Assembly (NCBI RefSeq): GCF_006345805.1
Contig: NC_043009.1
Location: forward strand, 24,118,001 to 24,182,000
Source: Octopus sinensis
Lineage: Eukaryota
Direction of reading: 5' to 3'
DNA length: 64,000 nucleotides
Positions 14,453 through 28,539 of the stretch are shown one piece after another. The stretch's first letter is position 1, and every line of letters begins with the position of its first letter. The notes beneath the pieces were generated by a model. It made no database searches and was not told the DNA's origin. It was given only the letters and a program-made list of their open reading frames with translations. A program made the translations under genes and the position numbers.

Positions 14453-15469
14453 GTAAGTATTTTTCTTTACATTTTTTATCTACTAAAAAGATTGCGATTA
14501 GTAACTGACTAAAGGAAGTTGACAGTGATACTTATACTGGCCATCCCCTTCGACTCTTGGCCGAAAGCCTTGATTGGTAGAACGATCTGATTCCATCTGT
14601 AGAATTACAGCACAAGGGACGAAATCACCGTAATTAGATCATATCCATTACGTATCACTTTTGTTGTCTGGTCATTTAACATTTATCCTGGTCTGCTTAA
14701 CAGGTTATTACATTCGCAGTGCTGCCAAAGCGCACTGCAGGTTCTAAAATATTATCATTTACAGAGTGTAAAATTCAATAGAGGACCTTTGTATCTGTGT
14801 TTGTTTCCCATCACTACTTGACAGCCAGCGTTGGTGTGTTTACGTAAGCTAGCGGTTCGACAATAAGTCCTGGGGTGGATTTTTTCCACTAAAACGGCGC
14901 TCCGGCCTAGCTGCAATCAAATTACTAAAGCAGGGGATAAAATATACATGTATATATGCATTTATAGATATGGCAATCCAAGGTCTGTGCAACTTGCCTT
15001 ATGTTTAAGCCTAAAGGAGGAAAAATGATTGTTTAAACGTTTTTTTTAGATCCACCGAACAACTGAAATAAAGATAGCTATTTCAGCGGTGGTGCCCCAG
15101 CATGGCCGCGGTCTTCGGGCTAAAATATTTTAAAGGATTTAAGGATTATTTGAAGCCATTATTGTACATCTATAAATTACATTTTGGACCAGACAGCGGC
15201 CAGATACCGGACATTTCGATCTAATTTTACAATTACAGCTGGGGGGATAATTCATGTTATTAGTATTATTTATGGACAATTCATTTTTATTTTCGTTACT
15301 AGAGCTATTATTAGAATTAGTGTTCTCTCCCCTAACAGTAGTTATATTGTTATGTAAAATGAGGTTACTAGTTATTAATCCATTCTCACTACCCTCACAT
15401 ACCACATCATTATTTTTATTAACTATATTATTGATGTTGTAATTATCACTATTTATATTAATGTTGTTG

Positions 15470-15516
<47 letters not shown>

Positions 15517-16071
15517 GATTGAGAGAGCAGTTCATGCCATCAAAGTGACACTGGGGTAAAATATACGAAGCCCAATATACCCATCATGACTACCCGTTTG
15601 ATAAGAGTACACCAGGCACATGCATCACAACCATATGTGCGCGACATGGTGATCTCATATCAAGATAAACAGCACATGACCTTGCAGGTAGGGCCCAGTT
15701 AGAATTTTCTTCAGGTTGAGTAGCGCATCCCGCTCAAACGGTCCCTGAATAAGGGTTGTTTAAGGATGTTGAAAGAACCACCCATGTTTCCAGAGGTGAA
15801 TTATTCAAACCCCAAAGAATCCCTCTCAACACATGGATATGATGCTCCCTCACTACTTCTGCTCGTGATCAGAGATGCACATATCGTCAGCCACTAAGGG
15901 ACATGCTCAACTGGTTAAGGTCAAACAACTGACAAGCAAATCTGTGGTATTGAGCAGAATATTTGCTGTAGCCCATCTTTTATACCAAGACAAAACAATG
16001 TACATGATAACACTTCCAATCAGTTAAGATCAGAAGCCATGAGAGTCAATGCCTGGCACTGCATCAGGGCA
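15517..16071. mobile_element. About 555-bp non-coding interspersed element always bounded by (TAA)n or (CAT)n; other copies at 33143-33698, 33779-34334 (inverted) and 34575-35129
   Basis: Four alignable copies with the same ends (gagagagcagttcatgcc ... ctgcatcagggca); no coding potential. Confidence 0.8.
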
Positions 16072-16666
<595 letters not shown>

Positions 16667-16677
16667 TATTATTATTA

Positions 16678-16753
<76 letters not shown>

Positions 16754-18003
16754 TTTATTATTTATTATCATTATTATTATTATTTTTATTATTATTATTA
16801 CCATTATTATTGTTGCTTCTATTTATTCTATCTCTAGCTAACTTTATATTTTTACTATTAAGTCTAGCTATTATGGTACCCATATTAGGAAGAGTAGAGT
16901 ATGATAATCTAACCGACTTATTAGAAATTATTTTATAATATTTATGGGACGCAGGGAAGTTCTTTTCTAGTAGAGGCATAAATCTACCGTATATATTCGT
17001 AGAGATCGCTCAGTTAAAGGGGATATTTAGCCATATAGCATTTTTTATTTGATGTAGGGGTGGGAGAGATTAACGTTATGTATATTCTTACTAGATTCAT
17101 TATTCAGTTTAGTCTTATATTTATGTTTATTAGGTTTTTTCTTTGTGGGAGAGATTTTTATATTATTATTTATATTTATTTTATCTGGTTTAACATTTTC
17201 ATATTTATTTGCGATCTGTATACTATTTTCATTCATTTTATTAAGTTTATATACTAGATTCCTTTCTTCAATTGATTTATGTTTATTTAAAGTATGAGAT
17301 TCTATATTACTTGAGCTATTTTCATTCATTTCATCGTTTAAGAGATTTATGTTATCAAGATAATCTTCTTATAGATCAAAGCGGATACATATTTGTATAT
17401 GTATAAGTGTATTTGCTATAACTATTTAGTATATGTTTGGTCATTGTGACCATTTAGCATTGACCTAGCCTTCTTGATACAAAATCTAATTGCCAAATAG
17501 GAGTAAACTCTGAGACAATATAATCCCATTTCCACTATAATTTTCTTTAGGAATAACTTCTGACATTTATTTCACCTCTTCCTACTTCTATAAATAGAAA
17601 ATCTCTGTTGTCTCCATTCAACTGAAAAATCCCATTCAACTTAAAGGATATTCTTCAGTCAGAAGATAAATTCTAACACCTTAATGTTCTTAACATTCAA
17701 ATTAACATCTCTCTCTATATATCTACCCTCTTTATAATGTTACCAATTAACATGAAAATAAGTATATGTATTGATGGGAAACCTCTATAAATTGGCTGAT
17801 GATTGCTCAACATTTTAAAACTGTTGTAATGCTTACAATGTTTAATGAAATGATGTAGTGTGAAATGATCGTACCAAATTACCGAAGATATTCTTGTTGC
17901 TTATTTTGATTATAATCATCCTATGGATTTATATGGATAACACCGTACAAAATTCTGGTGCATCTAATTTAAGTACCACAATCATTTGAATCTAAATTTT
18001 GCT

Positions 18004-18094
<91 letters not shown>

Positions 18095-18164
18095 AGAAAA
18101 GATCTATAAATATATTTATTTACTAGTGTGTTCTCTAATTGTTCGTTTTATTTGTATTTTACAG

Positions 18165-18508
18165 ACGGTGTTCTTACTAAAACACTCAATATTTCGTTGG
18201 GACCTGCACAACTTTGGCTTGAAATTTCGGTAAAAAACAACACCAGCCATTATATCAAAGTGTGTTTCTTTCTCAAATATAAAGTACTGTTTAGGAGTTG
18301 GAGTGGAAGTTTGGGTTGTCCCAGCAAATCGTTTCCTACCAGAGAAGAAGAAAATAACACATTGATGAGCAGCATGAAGGATCTGAATAAGAACTTTCAA
18401 CATCCGCTAAGAGTGCAAGATTCTGATCCTGATATGGTTTTCGGAGTTGTTCAAAATGCTGTTGAAGAAAATCAATTTGAAAAAGCCTTTCATTTTGTAC
18501 GAGGATGA
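18165..18508 (+). CDS. Gene A terminal coding exon (HGVLTKTLNISLGPAQLWLEISVK...VCFFLKYKV...SLGCPSK...AFHFVRG*)
   Basis: Acceptor tgtattttacag, phase 1; strong similarity to 39402-39574 (G.[LV]TKT, GP.Q.WL.[IV]SVK, VCF.LKYKV, SLGC); TGA at 18506-18508; AATAAA at 18558. Confidence 0.85.
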
Positions 18509-18718
18509 TGTGAAGCGAAATGAGAAATAGTAATTTTGGTTATTTGCTACAAAAAATAATAAAGAATATAGAATAATTGTATGACTAGAATCAATGGCTA
18601 AGCATATTAACTGATAAGAAACTTCATGAATTTTAACAGTATCATATTTGCTAAATAAAATTTTGAGTAATTTACGTTGTTATTCTCGTTTTGTATCAAT
18701 ATGTTTCATGGTAGTTGA

Positions 18719-18828
<110 letters not shown>

Positions 18829-19741
18829 GTGTTCGGATTGTACTTGCACAGGGTCCATCCGGACTCCCGTCTTCGCCGTGAACAGGGATTAATCTTCTCT
18901 CTTTGCTTTTTTGCACCACATGTACGTACGTATGTATGTATGTATATGTATATGTATATATATATCTATATATATATATATATATATATATAATTTCAGT
19001 AAGAACAATTAAGATTCAAGTGAGTTTCAATGAATGCGGTACTTAACTTAGATGCACCAGAAATCTATATGGTATTAACCATAAAATAATGTGGGGTGAT
19101 TATAAACAAGAAAAAAGCAACAAGAATGGATTAGTTGTTCAGTACAATTGTTTCAAACGAAGAACGGCTTTATTAAAAGCTGCAAATATTGCAGCAAATG
19201 CAAGTGTCCCGTATTCATCAGCCAAAACACATATGAGTTTTCCAAACATCCCAGGGGGTGAGGCTACACTCATGAAGTATCGAAGAGAGTTCTATGAAAA
19301 GGAAAGTTAGATTGTAAGCAGACTTCAAAAGTTCTCTAATGATGTACAGTTTTATAAAAGGTTTTTTAAAAAAAGTTTGTTAGCTTCACAGAAAAGGTAA
19401 ATCCATCCGTAATAATGCAGGTGTAATTTCCGGAGATATGAGGAGATATTTCATACTCAGAGAAGATGAATGTATCCATAATAATGTAGATGTAATTTCC
19501 TGATATATGAGAAGATGTTGATCACACTTCTAATCGTTTCACAAAACTACTATGTTGGAAGAAGAGATTGACTATATTGGCTAAAAGAAGTCTCAAAAGA
19601 AATCAGTGAAGCAGAAATCGCCCAAATAAGGACATTATGGGAGATTATGGGAGGAAGGGGTGTAAGTACACAACCTACAAAGTTTAGTTTATTTCTGTGG
19701 TGACAGAAAATCTAGGTCATTGTTGCAGAAATCTGAGATTT

Positions 19742-21403
19742 ATCTCTTATTATAAAAGGCAGATTTTATCTGCCTCCCTTTGTAACTTATAGAAATCTAC
19801 AATATAGGATTTCTTCAATTACAATTTACCTAGCATTTTTAAGAGTAGAATGCATCGGGTCATGCCAGGTCCAGTTTTTAAAATTTAAACTCCAATGAAG
19901 CAAAATTTACAGAAAACTCACATTCTGGTGTGTATGTCAAATGCTTTTCTTAATGTGGTTTACACCACACGCACACGCACACACACAGTGTGCAACGAAT
20001 AAAATGAAAGTAAATAGCGACAGAGTGATTTGAGGAAGACTAAACTGAAAGTATTTAAACCACTACTCAAAAAATAAAAAAACACAGCAAACAGAAACAA
20101 ATAAATACATAACGATTTACTCCTCACACAATTTCTTCAATTAGAGTTTACCTAAGATTTTTCAAAGTACTCCATTCGGTCATGCCATAATATATTTCTT
20201 TCAATTTCACCCCCAATTAAGACAAAATTCGAGAAAACTCAATATTTTAACATTTCACTCCGAAAGCATTGATGTACATGTGTGCGTGCGTGAGTGTGTG
20301 TGTGTGTGTGTTTGATGGGTTATGCGACACAGAAAGTGTGGTGTGTAAGTGAAGTGCTTTTGTTAGTGTGTGTAAAGAGACAGACAGAGTGAAAGACAGA
20401 AATAACTGAACTTTTTTTATTCACTTTTTGTAGTGAGTGACTGAGAGAGAAAAGAGAGAGAGAGAGGTTATGTATGTATATATGTATGTATGGCTTCAGT
20501 GACACACACACACAAAAACACATACCTACGTACACCTAAAGCACGCACACACACACACACAAGCGGAGCGCGAACTTCAAAATTTTGGTAGTATTAATTT
20601 GCGAGCGTACTTCTAAGCGCGCGTAATTGAAAGTTTTCACTATGATATCATCACGTGCGAAAAAATTCGAAGGGTTTTGAACAATTGAGATACAGATGTC
20701 ACGCCTGTATTGAAACCATTGCTAAGCTGCCGTAATTGCTTAATTAAGACTTTGTTTAAATTGAAAGGGGCAAATATGTGACGAGGTTGAAAAAAAATAC
20801 CCCAGAAAAAAAAATGTACTGCTGGTATTTATATAATTCACTACTATTTTGCTACAATGTCATGAAAAAGAAAAAATTTAGGTATGTAAATCGAATTCGC
20901 CACCCTCTTTTCCCCGTTCGCGTTTGTGTAAAAAAAATTATTATTTAAGTTTTAAAAATTATTTACTTTGTTCAAAAAATATTAATATTAATTAATTTTC
21001 AAGAATTATTTAATTTTATTCTGTAAAATAGTAATTAATTCATTTATCTGTAAATCCGCGAGGTTGTTACTCAGGCACCTAGAATGGTAACCTTCAACTA
21101 ACACTATCTCCTCCGAGACCCTGCGGCACAAGTTGACCAAAATTGAGAGTATGGTAGAAGAAGGGTTGCTCTTCCTTCCGTAGAACATGAAATTCAAATC
21201 GGACCATGTTAACACCAAAAATCATTTACATCAAAAAGATGCTTTTTTCTATGAAAATCCCTATTTTTTACGATTTTTTCACTGCTGTGTCGCCACTTTT
21301 CGGTGTATTTCGACCAGAAAAATGTTCACAAAATTTTTACTTTTCAAAATTACAATTCCAGCGGGTCGAAACAAGCCCGAGCAACGCCGGGCGATACTGC
21401 TAG
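19742..21403 (-). mobile_element. DINE-1/HINE-like non-autonomous Helitron-family element (long form)
   Basis: 5' end CTAGCAGTATCGCCCGGCGTTGCTCGGG is identical to 59564; 3' end has hairpin AGGCAG/CTGCCT then TTTATAATAAGAGAT, resembling the end of the 59564 copy. Confidence 0.55.
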
Positions 21404-21837
21404 TAATTTATAAATGAGAACATTACTTTTGACCATCATACAGCTATTAAATGCCTCTCCTACATAGTTAAAGGCAGGTATAAGAATATAAAGAGAACAA
21501 AAGAAAGTATCAAAGAGGTCAAAGGTTATCAGTAGAGGAAAATACATTAAGAGATTTAAGTGCAACACTAGAACAGGAAGTTATTTATTTATTTATTAAT
21601 GTTTCTATTTATACAAATGTTTATACATTGTAAGACGGGCTTTAGGTTTATACCTAGAGGTCAAATAATTTCTATAGTAAAAGGTGTGAGAGTATTGTGT
21701 GAGAGTATATATATATATATATATGTTACTTATTTTGATTGTAATCACCTCATGGATTTTTATGGATAATACCATACAAAATTCTGGTGCCTTTGACTTA
21801 AGCACCATATTCATCTGAATCTAAATTTTGCTGAACT

Positions 21838-21896
<59 letters not shown>

Positions 21897-21916
21897 TGTG
21901 TGTGTATGTATATATA

Positions 21917-22351
21917 TCAGAATGATGTGGACGCCTCTGATGAGAAACAAATAAGGTTTGAAAATCTATGAATGTTGTTCATCATTTATCAGTCTATAGA
22001 GAAATGGCTAAAATTTAACCTGTGTTATAATTAAACCATGTTACATAGGTATTATATCATACCTTGATGCAGTGTGGACTAAGATCCCCGTATTTATAGA
22101 AAGTTAAACACTTTTGGTATGCAAATTAGGAATTCCTTCGTAGGGTAACTGCTGCATTTGTTGAGTGTATAAACTGTTTTGGCTACGTCTTTCTCTGGAG
22201 ACTGTCAGGATGATGAGAACCCAATAAGATTCGAAAATCAATTAAGGTTGTTCATCATTTTCTCAGTCCGTTGAGGAAATGGCTAAAATTTGCCCTCTTT
22301 AAAATTATACCATATCTTATATATATATATATATATTATATATATATATGC

Positions 22352-22402
<51 letters not shown>

Positions 22403-22500
22403 CATATGAATATATATTCTCTTATTTGTTTCAGGTTGATCATCCTTTTTTTAGTCTACAGAGAAATGGCTAAAATTTAACCTGTGTTATAATTAAACCA
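21917..22500 (+). repeat. About 273-nt tandem repeat (two units plus a partial third) carrying hammerhead motifs; dispersed copy at 26620-26845
   Basis: Repeated gagaaatggctaaaattt...ataattaaaccat and CTGATGAG...GAAA blocks with period 273. Confidence 0.7.
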
Positions 22501-22721
22501 TATGTTGCAAATATATTAAATCATACCCGTTAACAAGCCGCTGTTTTTCTAGCGTGGTAAACATTTTCAGTATTCACATCAACCCTGGGACATATTCTTT
22601 GCAAGTCAGGTATAGATGCTATCGATCTTTGGCTGAACCGCTAAGTTATGGGGTTGCAAAACTAGCAGCATACATTGTGAAGCGATGGTGAAGGTCAAAC
22701 ACAGGCACAAAGATACGCAAG

Positions 22722-22763
<42 letters not shown>

Positions 22764-22766
<3 letters not shown>

Positions 22767-23010
22767 CCTGAGGGACCTGCATGGGGTGGATGCAGATGTC
22801 TTTAAAGTAGGACTGGATCTCTTCCTGTCAGGTGTTCCAGATGAACCAACTTCACGGCAGGAGGTGCAGATGAGGGCAGCTGCATCGAACTCTCTCATGC
22901 ACCAAATGGCAGTTGCTAAAAAGCATTCGTGAAGTAAAATCATGTAGCAACACCAAATGGCGGTGCCCCAGCATGGCCACAGCTCGTGAGCTGAAACTAG
23001 ATAAAAATAA
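22764..23010 (+). mobile_element. Short 3' fragment of a CR1-type LINE
   Basis: Near-identical to the 3' end of 36911-37656, including the tail ggtgccccagcatggccacagctc. Confidence 0.8.
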
Positions 23011-23037
23011 AACAATAAATAAAATTTAAAAAAGACA

Positions 23038-23072
<35 letters not shown>

Positions 23073-23224
23073 TATATATATATATATATATATGTGCATG
23101 TATAATGGGATTCTTTCAGTTTACGTCTACGAAGTCCACTCACAAAACTTAAGTCGGCCCGAGGCTATAGTAGAAGACACTTGACCAAGGTACTACGCAG
23201 TGGGACTGAACCCAGAACCATGTA

Positions 23225-24515
23225 CGAGGGACGTTCAATAAGTAATGCCTCTGACCCACTTGCATTTGTTTGATCTAGCTGAAATTTTGCATGTGCAATC
23301 ATTTATATCTCTATAGAGTAAGTGGCAAATTACAGCTCTGAATTAATTGTGGTTTCTGATTTACAGGTGTTTGAACCGAGTCAAGTGTGAAATGGAGTCT
23401 GTTGAGTGTCGAGCAGTGATCCGGTTTTTGTATTTGAAAGGACGCACACCACGGGAGACTTTTGATGAAATAAAAGTAACTTATGATGATGATGCCCCAT
23501 CATATGACCTTGTAAAACGCTGGCATCGTGGATTCAAACATGGTCGGAACTCTGTGGAAACAGCTCCCAGATCTGGTCGCCCCCTTCTGCCATTGATGAG
23601 GCATCTGTCCGTCAAGTTGAGGCTGCCATTTTGGAAGATCGACGCATAATTATTCGCCAAATAGTCCATGAGGTCAAGATTAGTACCGGGTCTGTGGAAA
23701 CTATCATTCATGACCATTTGCATATGCAAAAGGTGTCTGCCAGATGGATTCCCAGGTTGCTCACGCCTTTCCAGAAGCAAGAACGCGTCGAGTGCTCGAG
23801 GGTGAATTTGGAGATGTGCCAAGAAGATGAGTCAAAATTTTTCAAAAGATTGATTACACAGGATGAAATATGGGTCCATCACGATGATCCAGAGACCAAA
23901 GCCCAGTCAATGCAGTGGAAGCACCGTGACTCATCCCCTCCAAAGAAGGCAAGGGTGCAGCCCTCCGCTGGCAAGGTCATGCTCACAGTCTTCTGGGACC
24001 AGGACGGAGTAGTGATGACAGATTTCCTGGCAAAGGGTACCACAATTGCAGGAGCCTATTATACTTCACTTTTGAGGAAATTAAGAGAAGTTATCAAAAT
24101 CAAGAGCCGGGGCAAGATCAGCAAAGGCATCCTCCTCCTGCAGGACAACGCTCCGGTCCACAACTCGCTTGTCGCCAGATCAGAAGCAGAGGCGTATGGC
24201 TATGAACTCCTCCCCATCCCCCCTACTTTCCTGACCTTGCACCCTCTGATTTTCATCTCTTCCCAATCATGAAGTTGTTTTTGAAAGGAAAGCGTTTCCC
24301 AGATGATGCAGCCTTGATTTCTGAAGTCACGTTGAGGTTGGCGGACCAAGCTGGGTTCTTCTACAAAAACGGTCTCCAGAGCCGCATGAAACGATGGGAG
24401 AAATGCGTAACTCTGGGTGGTTCCTATGTAAAAAAAGACTAATAACTGTGCCAAGTTTCGTTGCTCTACTGCTATGGGAAGTGGGTCAGGGGCATTACTT
24501 ATTGAACGCCCCTCG
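23225..24515 (+). mobile_element. Full-length mariner (DD34D) element, 1291 bp, transposase with two frameshifts
   Basis: TIRs cgagggacgttcaataagtaatgcc / ggcattacttattgaacgcccctcg; TA target duplications; WIPRLL, TQDE, QDNA and YFPDLAPSD motifs; inserted inside a SINE. Confidence 0.95.
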
Positions 24516-24626
24516 TATTTAGGAAGTAAACTTTTTTACCACACAGCCACTCTTATATATATATTTATATATATATATGCTTCTTTCAGTTACCGTGTAC
24601 CAAATCCACACACATATATGTATGTG

Positions 24627-24692
<66 letters not shown>

Positions 24693-24740
24693 ATATATAT
24701 ATATATTATATATATATATATCTATATATATATAATATAT

Positions 24741-24798
<58 letters not shown>

Positions 24799-25200
24799 AC
24801 ACGGGCTTCCTTAGTTTCCGTATACGAAATTAAGTCACGAAGGTACCACTCAGTGGAAGTGAACTCGATGCCAGGTGGTTTCGAAGCAAATCTCTTAATA
24901 ATAGAATTAGGCCTGCACCTGTAAAACAATTTCCCATGCAATGAAAACAATTTGAAAGCATTTCCTATTAAACCTATCCCGACGTAAGAATTCCCTGCTA
25001 ACTTTTCTTCCTTTGATTATTGCTATTTTGATTTCAACAACTTATCTCTAAAAAACAAACCATGAAACGGATCTAGGTTAAATTTAATGATCTTATCGAC
25101 ATACATGACTTGATGCAGATAAAGTTTATTTGAATCCATCCCTTATTCTCTCTCTTCAGCGACTGAAACAGTCCAATTTTACGTAAAACAAACCAACACC

Positions 25201-25294
25201 ATGATGAAGATGGTTTATACAGTCTGTTACTTGGCGCTAATTTTCTCCCTGGGAGCATGTACTGTTGCGGATATTGAACCACAGATTAATGAAG
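25201..25294 (+). CDS. Gene B exon 1: signal peptide MMKMVYTVCYLALIFSLGACTVA plus DIEPQINE
   Basis: Upstream acceptor tctctcttcag ends at 25159 (41-nt UTR); ATG at 25201; hydrophobic core with small-residue cleavage region; phase-1 donor GAAG|gtaaga. Confidence 0.85.
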
Positions 25295-25394
25295 GTAAGA
25301 TCTTTCTACATCAACTTAGTTAGGATGTGAGCAAAGGTGTTCACGCCTCATCGTTGGTGCTTCCAAGTCACCAACTCCTATAAATTTTGGTAAA

Positions 25395-25600
25395 AGTTAG
25401 ATATGTTTCGACCAAAGTTTGGTCCGGGCCATGTCTATCTTAATAGCACCACCTAATAGGATTATCTAAATCCTTTTAAGTCAAGTTGGTCCATTCGAAT
25501 AGGGGGGTTTTGTTGGGTGAGTTGTATCCAGGTAAAGGTGGCTTATCTGGCATTCCTTGAAGAATAAAACCTTTGCCAAGAGAACCCCGCTCAGTGCCTA
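25395..25600 (-). mobile_element. Degenerate 3' fragment of the CR1-type LINE family seen at 55490
   Basis: Shares ggccatgtcta.cttaatagcaccacct with 55541-55569; minus strand reads PDKPPLPGY. Confidence 0.6.
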
Positions 25601-26735
25601 GGGCATTCTATTGCAAATTACGCCGCACTATTCTGGATATTAACCTGTAAGTTAAGCCAAGCATAATATCCTTAATTCAGACTGCGATCACTTTAACATT
25701 TGACATGTAGCACACCGTGCAACTGTACGGATAGTGTCGATTCGATGGAGGCAGTGAGCTGATGAATGGCAAAAACATAGAGACAAAGTGTTTGTGCCAG
25801 CTGTCTTGCAAACCAGTGGCTCACCACGACCTTGAGTTCTTGGTTACTGAACCCTTGTCTATAGCTTACGACTGGAGAGTTCATCGGGATTTCAACCCGA
25901 TTTAATCTCTCATTTTGAATGTATATTATTAGATCTGAAACCAAATTATCATGAGATCATTTAACGGCAGCTCCGAAGACAGACTTATCATAAAGATTCT
26001 GTATTATTTTCAGCGCTTGTGCTCGTGTAGGCCATTCAGAATACATCCTTTGTGCGTAACCTCCAAATTCTGTTTGGTGTTAGGTTCTTTTATATAAGAA
26101 GGTTGGGACGGGGTATAGGGATCAAGGCTAACATTTTGAAGGGACGGGCAAAGTCGATTAGATTGAACTTTGAACTTGACTGATACCTATTTTATCGGGG
26201 CTAAATGATAAAACACTAAGTTGGCACATGCTGGAATTGAACTCAAAACGTAAAGAGACGGAAAAGATACCGCTAAGAATTTATTCCACATGTTAACGAT
26301 TTTGCCTGTTCGCCTCTGCCTTCGGTCTCAGTTAATGTTCATGTCGATAATTTTTCTGAAACATGTTTGTGTATAAATTCTGCTGTTGGATTAAGTCTGA
26401 ATATATCGAAACTGATGGGTTCTTTTTTGTGCACAATACACATCGATATCTTAAATATGTAAACAAAGCAACCAAGGATATGTCACTGCTTCCGTTGCTT
26501 TTATTGTTGTTGAATTGGTCAGAAGATATTTTCTCTAGGTGTCACGTAATGGGACCGAACATGAAAACACGTTGTTGCGAAGCAAAGTTCTTATCACATA
26601 TCTATACTTGAGCCTAGTGTTAAACACTTTCGGTATGCAAATTAGGGATTCCTTTATAGAGTAATTGCTGCATTTGTTGAATATATAAACAGTTTGGCTG
26701 CTAGTTTCTCTGGAGACCGTCAGAATAATGAAGAC

Positions 26736-26778
26736 GCCTCTGACGAGAACCTAATAAGGCTCGAAATTCGACCAAGGT
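26736..26778 (+). ncRNA. Minimal type I hammerhead ribozyme motif, family 1 (decayed); sister motifs at 21933-21975 and 22210-22248
   Basis: GCCT-CTGACGA-GAACCT AATA AGGCTC-GAAA-T TCGA C-CA-AGGT; stems I and II present, cleavage triplet mutated in this copy. Confidence 0.6.
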
Positions 26779-28014
26779 TGTTCATCGTTTTTTTCAGTCT
26801 GCAGACAAATGGCTAAGATTTCCTTTGTTTATAATTATACCATGTTATATATAAATATGTGGAGGCGCAATGGCCCAGTGATTAGGGCAGCGGACTCGCG
26901 GTTGTAGGATCGCGGTTTCGATTCCCAGACCGGGCGTTGTGAGTGCACCCCGCCACACACATGTGTACATATATGCACTGGTACAGGTTCACCCATAAAG
27001 GCATGAGTGTACATGTATACGTGCGCAGATGTGCATACAGATAGAATTACAGTATACATACAGAGGCCGCGTGTGTACAGGTGTGGGGAACTACACCAAA
27101 TTGTATCCGCAGACGTTTGTGTGCACATACATGCATACTCATATATATGCGTATATATATAAAGTCATATGCGCACATATCCACCAGTGAATATATATAT
27201 ATATGAATAAACACATGGACGTATGTGGACGTGCCCACATGCACATTCGGAGGTGCAGATGTGCAGCTTTGCATGTGCATACATTCATGCATGGCCAGAC
27301 ATGGAAGAACATATGTGCATGTGCATTTATGTGTTAACATGATTGTAGGTTGTAAGATATAAATTTGGCATTTTGTAACTTAATATATGAATTCTTGACT
27401 TTGTACATGTGCATTTTCATATGGATATGTGTATGCTTGTATATTATAATATTCTAATATATTGATTTGACTAACTGTAACCTTATATGTATGCATGTAT
27501 ATTATTCTATATTATTATATATTATTGTGTATATACGTATATATATATAGGTGCATGTGTATATACACTTATATGTATGTGTATATTATATAGTATTTAT
27601 ATGTACTCATTCTTGTACGAGTGTACCTTCTCTGATATTCATATTTAGATTGTACTTTATAATCTCTGTAGAGGCCTTGGGATATATTTGTGTCTCATTT
27701 ATAACCAGATATTAACTTATCACACCTGGCTAATATGAGCATAATGAGATACTCATATCTACATATCTGAAACAGCTGTAAGATATAGTTTATATTTATA
27801 TTTATTTATATTTATTTATACATATTGTACTTATTGTATCATATTATTCACTGATGTGCACTGTTTTGTTCTGTACTATTATGTTTGACCTTGATGTTCA
27901 TATGTAGTTGGTTAATAAATTATGTGAATGGGTATTATCTGGTAGTTGATTATTGATTAAGGTGTATTTCTCCATTTTCTTATTTTGCATATATATATAT
28001 ATATATATATATAT

Positions 28015-28228
28015 AACGGGAAGGTTTACGAAAATAAGCAAAAGACGAAGGCAGGTGGAGTACAAACAAACAAATGTATTAGTATGGCGCTCAGGAATAG
28101 AAATAGAACAAGTCTTTGACGTTTCGAGCCTACGCTCTTCGACAGAAAGATACACAGAAAAGAAACAAGGAGTGAAACAAGGAGAGAAAACGGTCTAATA
28201 TGGCGTTCTGTACACAGACACACACATA

Positions 28229-28269
<41 letters not shown>

Positions 28270-28492
28270 TATATATATAACGGGAAGGTTTACGAAAATA
28301 AGCAAAAGACGAAGGCAGGTGGAGTACAAACAAACAAATGTATTAGTATGGCGCTCAGGAATAGAAATAGAACAAGTCTTTGACGTTTCGAGCCTACGCT
28401 CTTCGACAGAAAGATACACAGAAAAGAAACAAGGAGTGAAACAAGGAGAGAAAACGGTCTAATATGGCGTTCTGTACACAGACACACACATA

Positions 28493-28536
<44 letters not shown>
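28015..28536 (-). repeat. Tandem duplication (period 264 nt) of a Penelope-associated repeat with an atypical hammerhead-like motif; dispersed copies near 10310-10480, 51940-52080 and 57380-57590
   Basis: Unique parts of the two units (28015-28229, 28279-28493) are identical by eye and separated by (TA)n. Confidence 0.8.

Positions 28537-28539
<3 letters not shown>

Noticed and set aside
23100-24560. The mariner pair as an already-transposed composite carrying gene B
   Set aside because: The left copy splits one SINE whose halves continue on both sides of it, showing an independent insertion at that TA.
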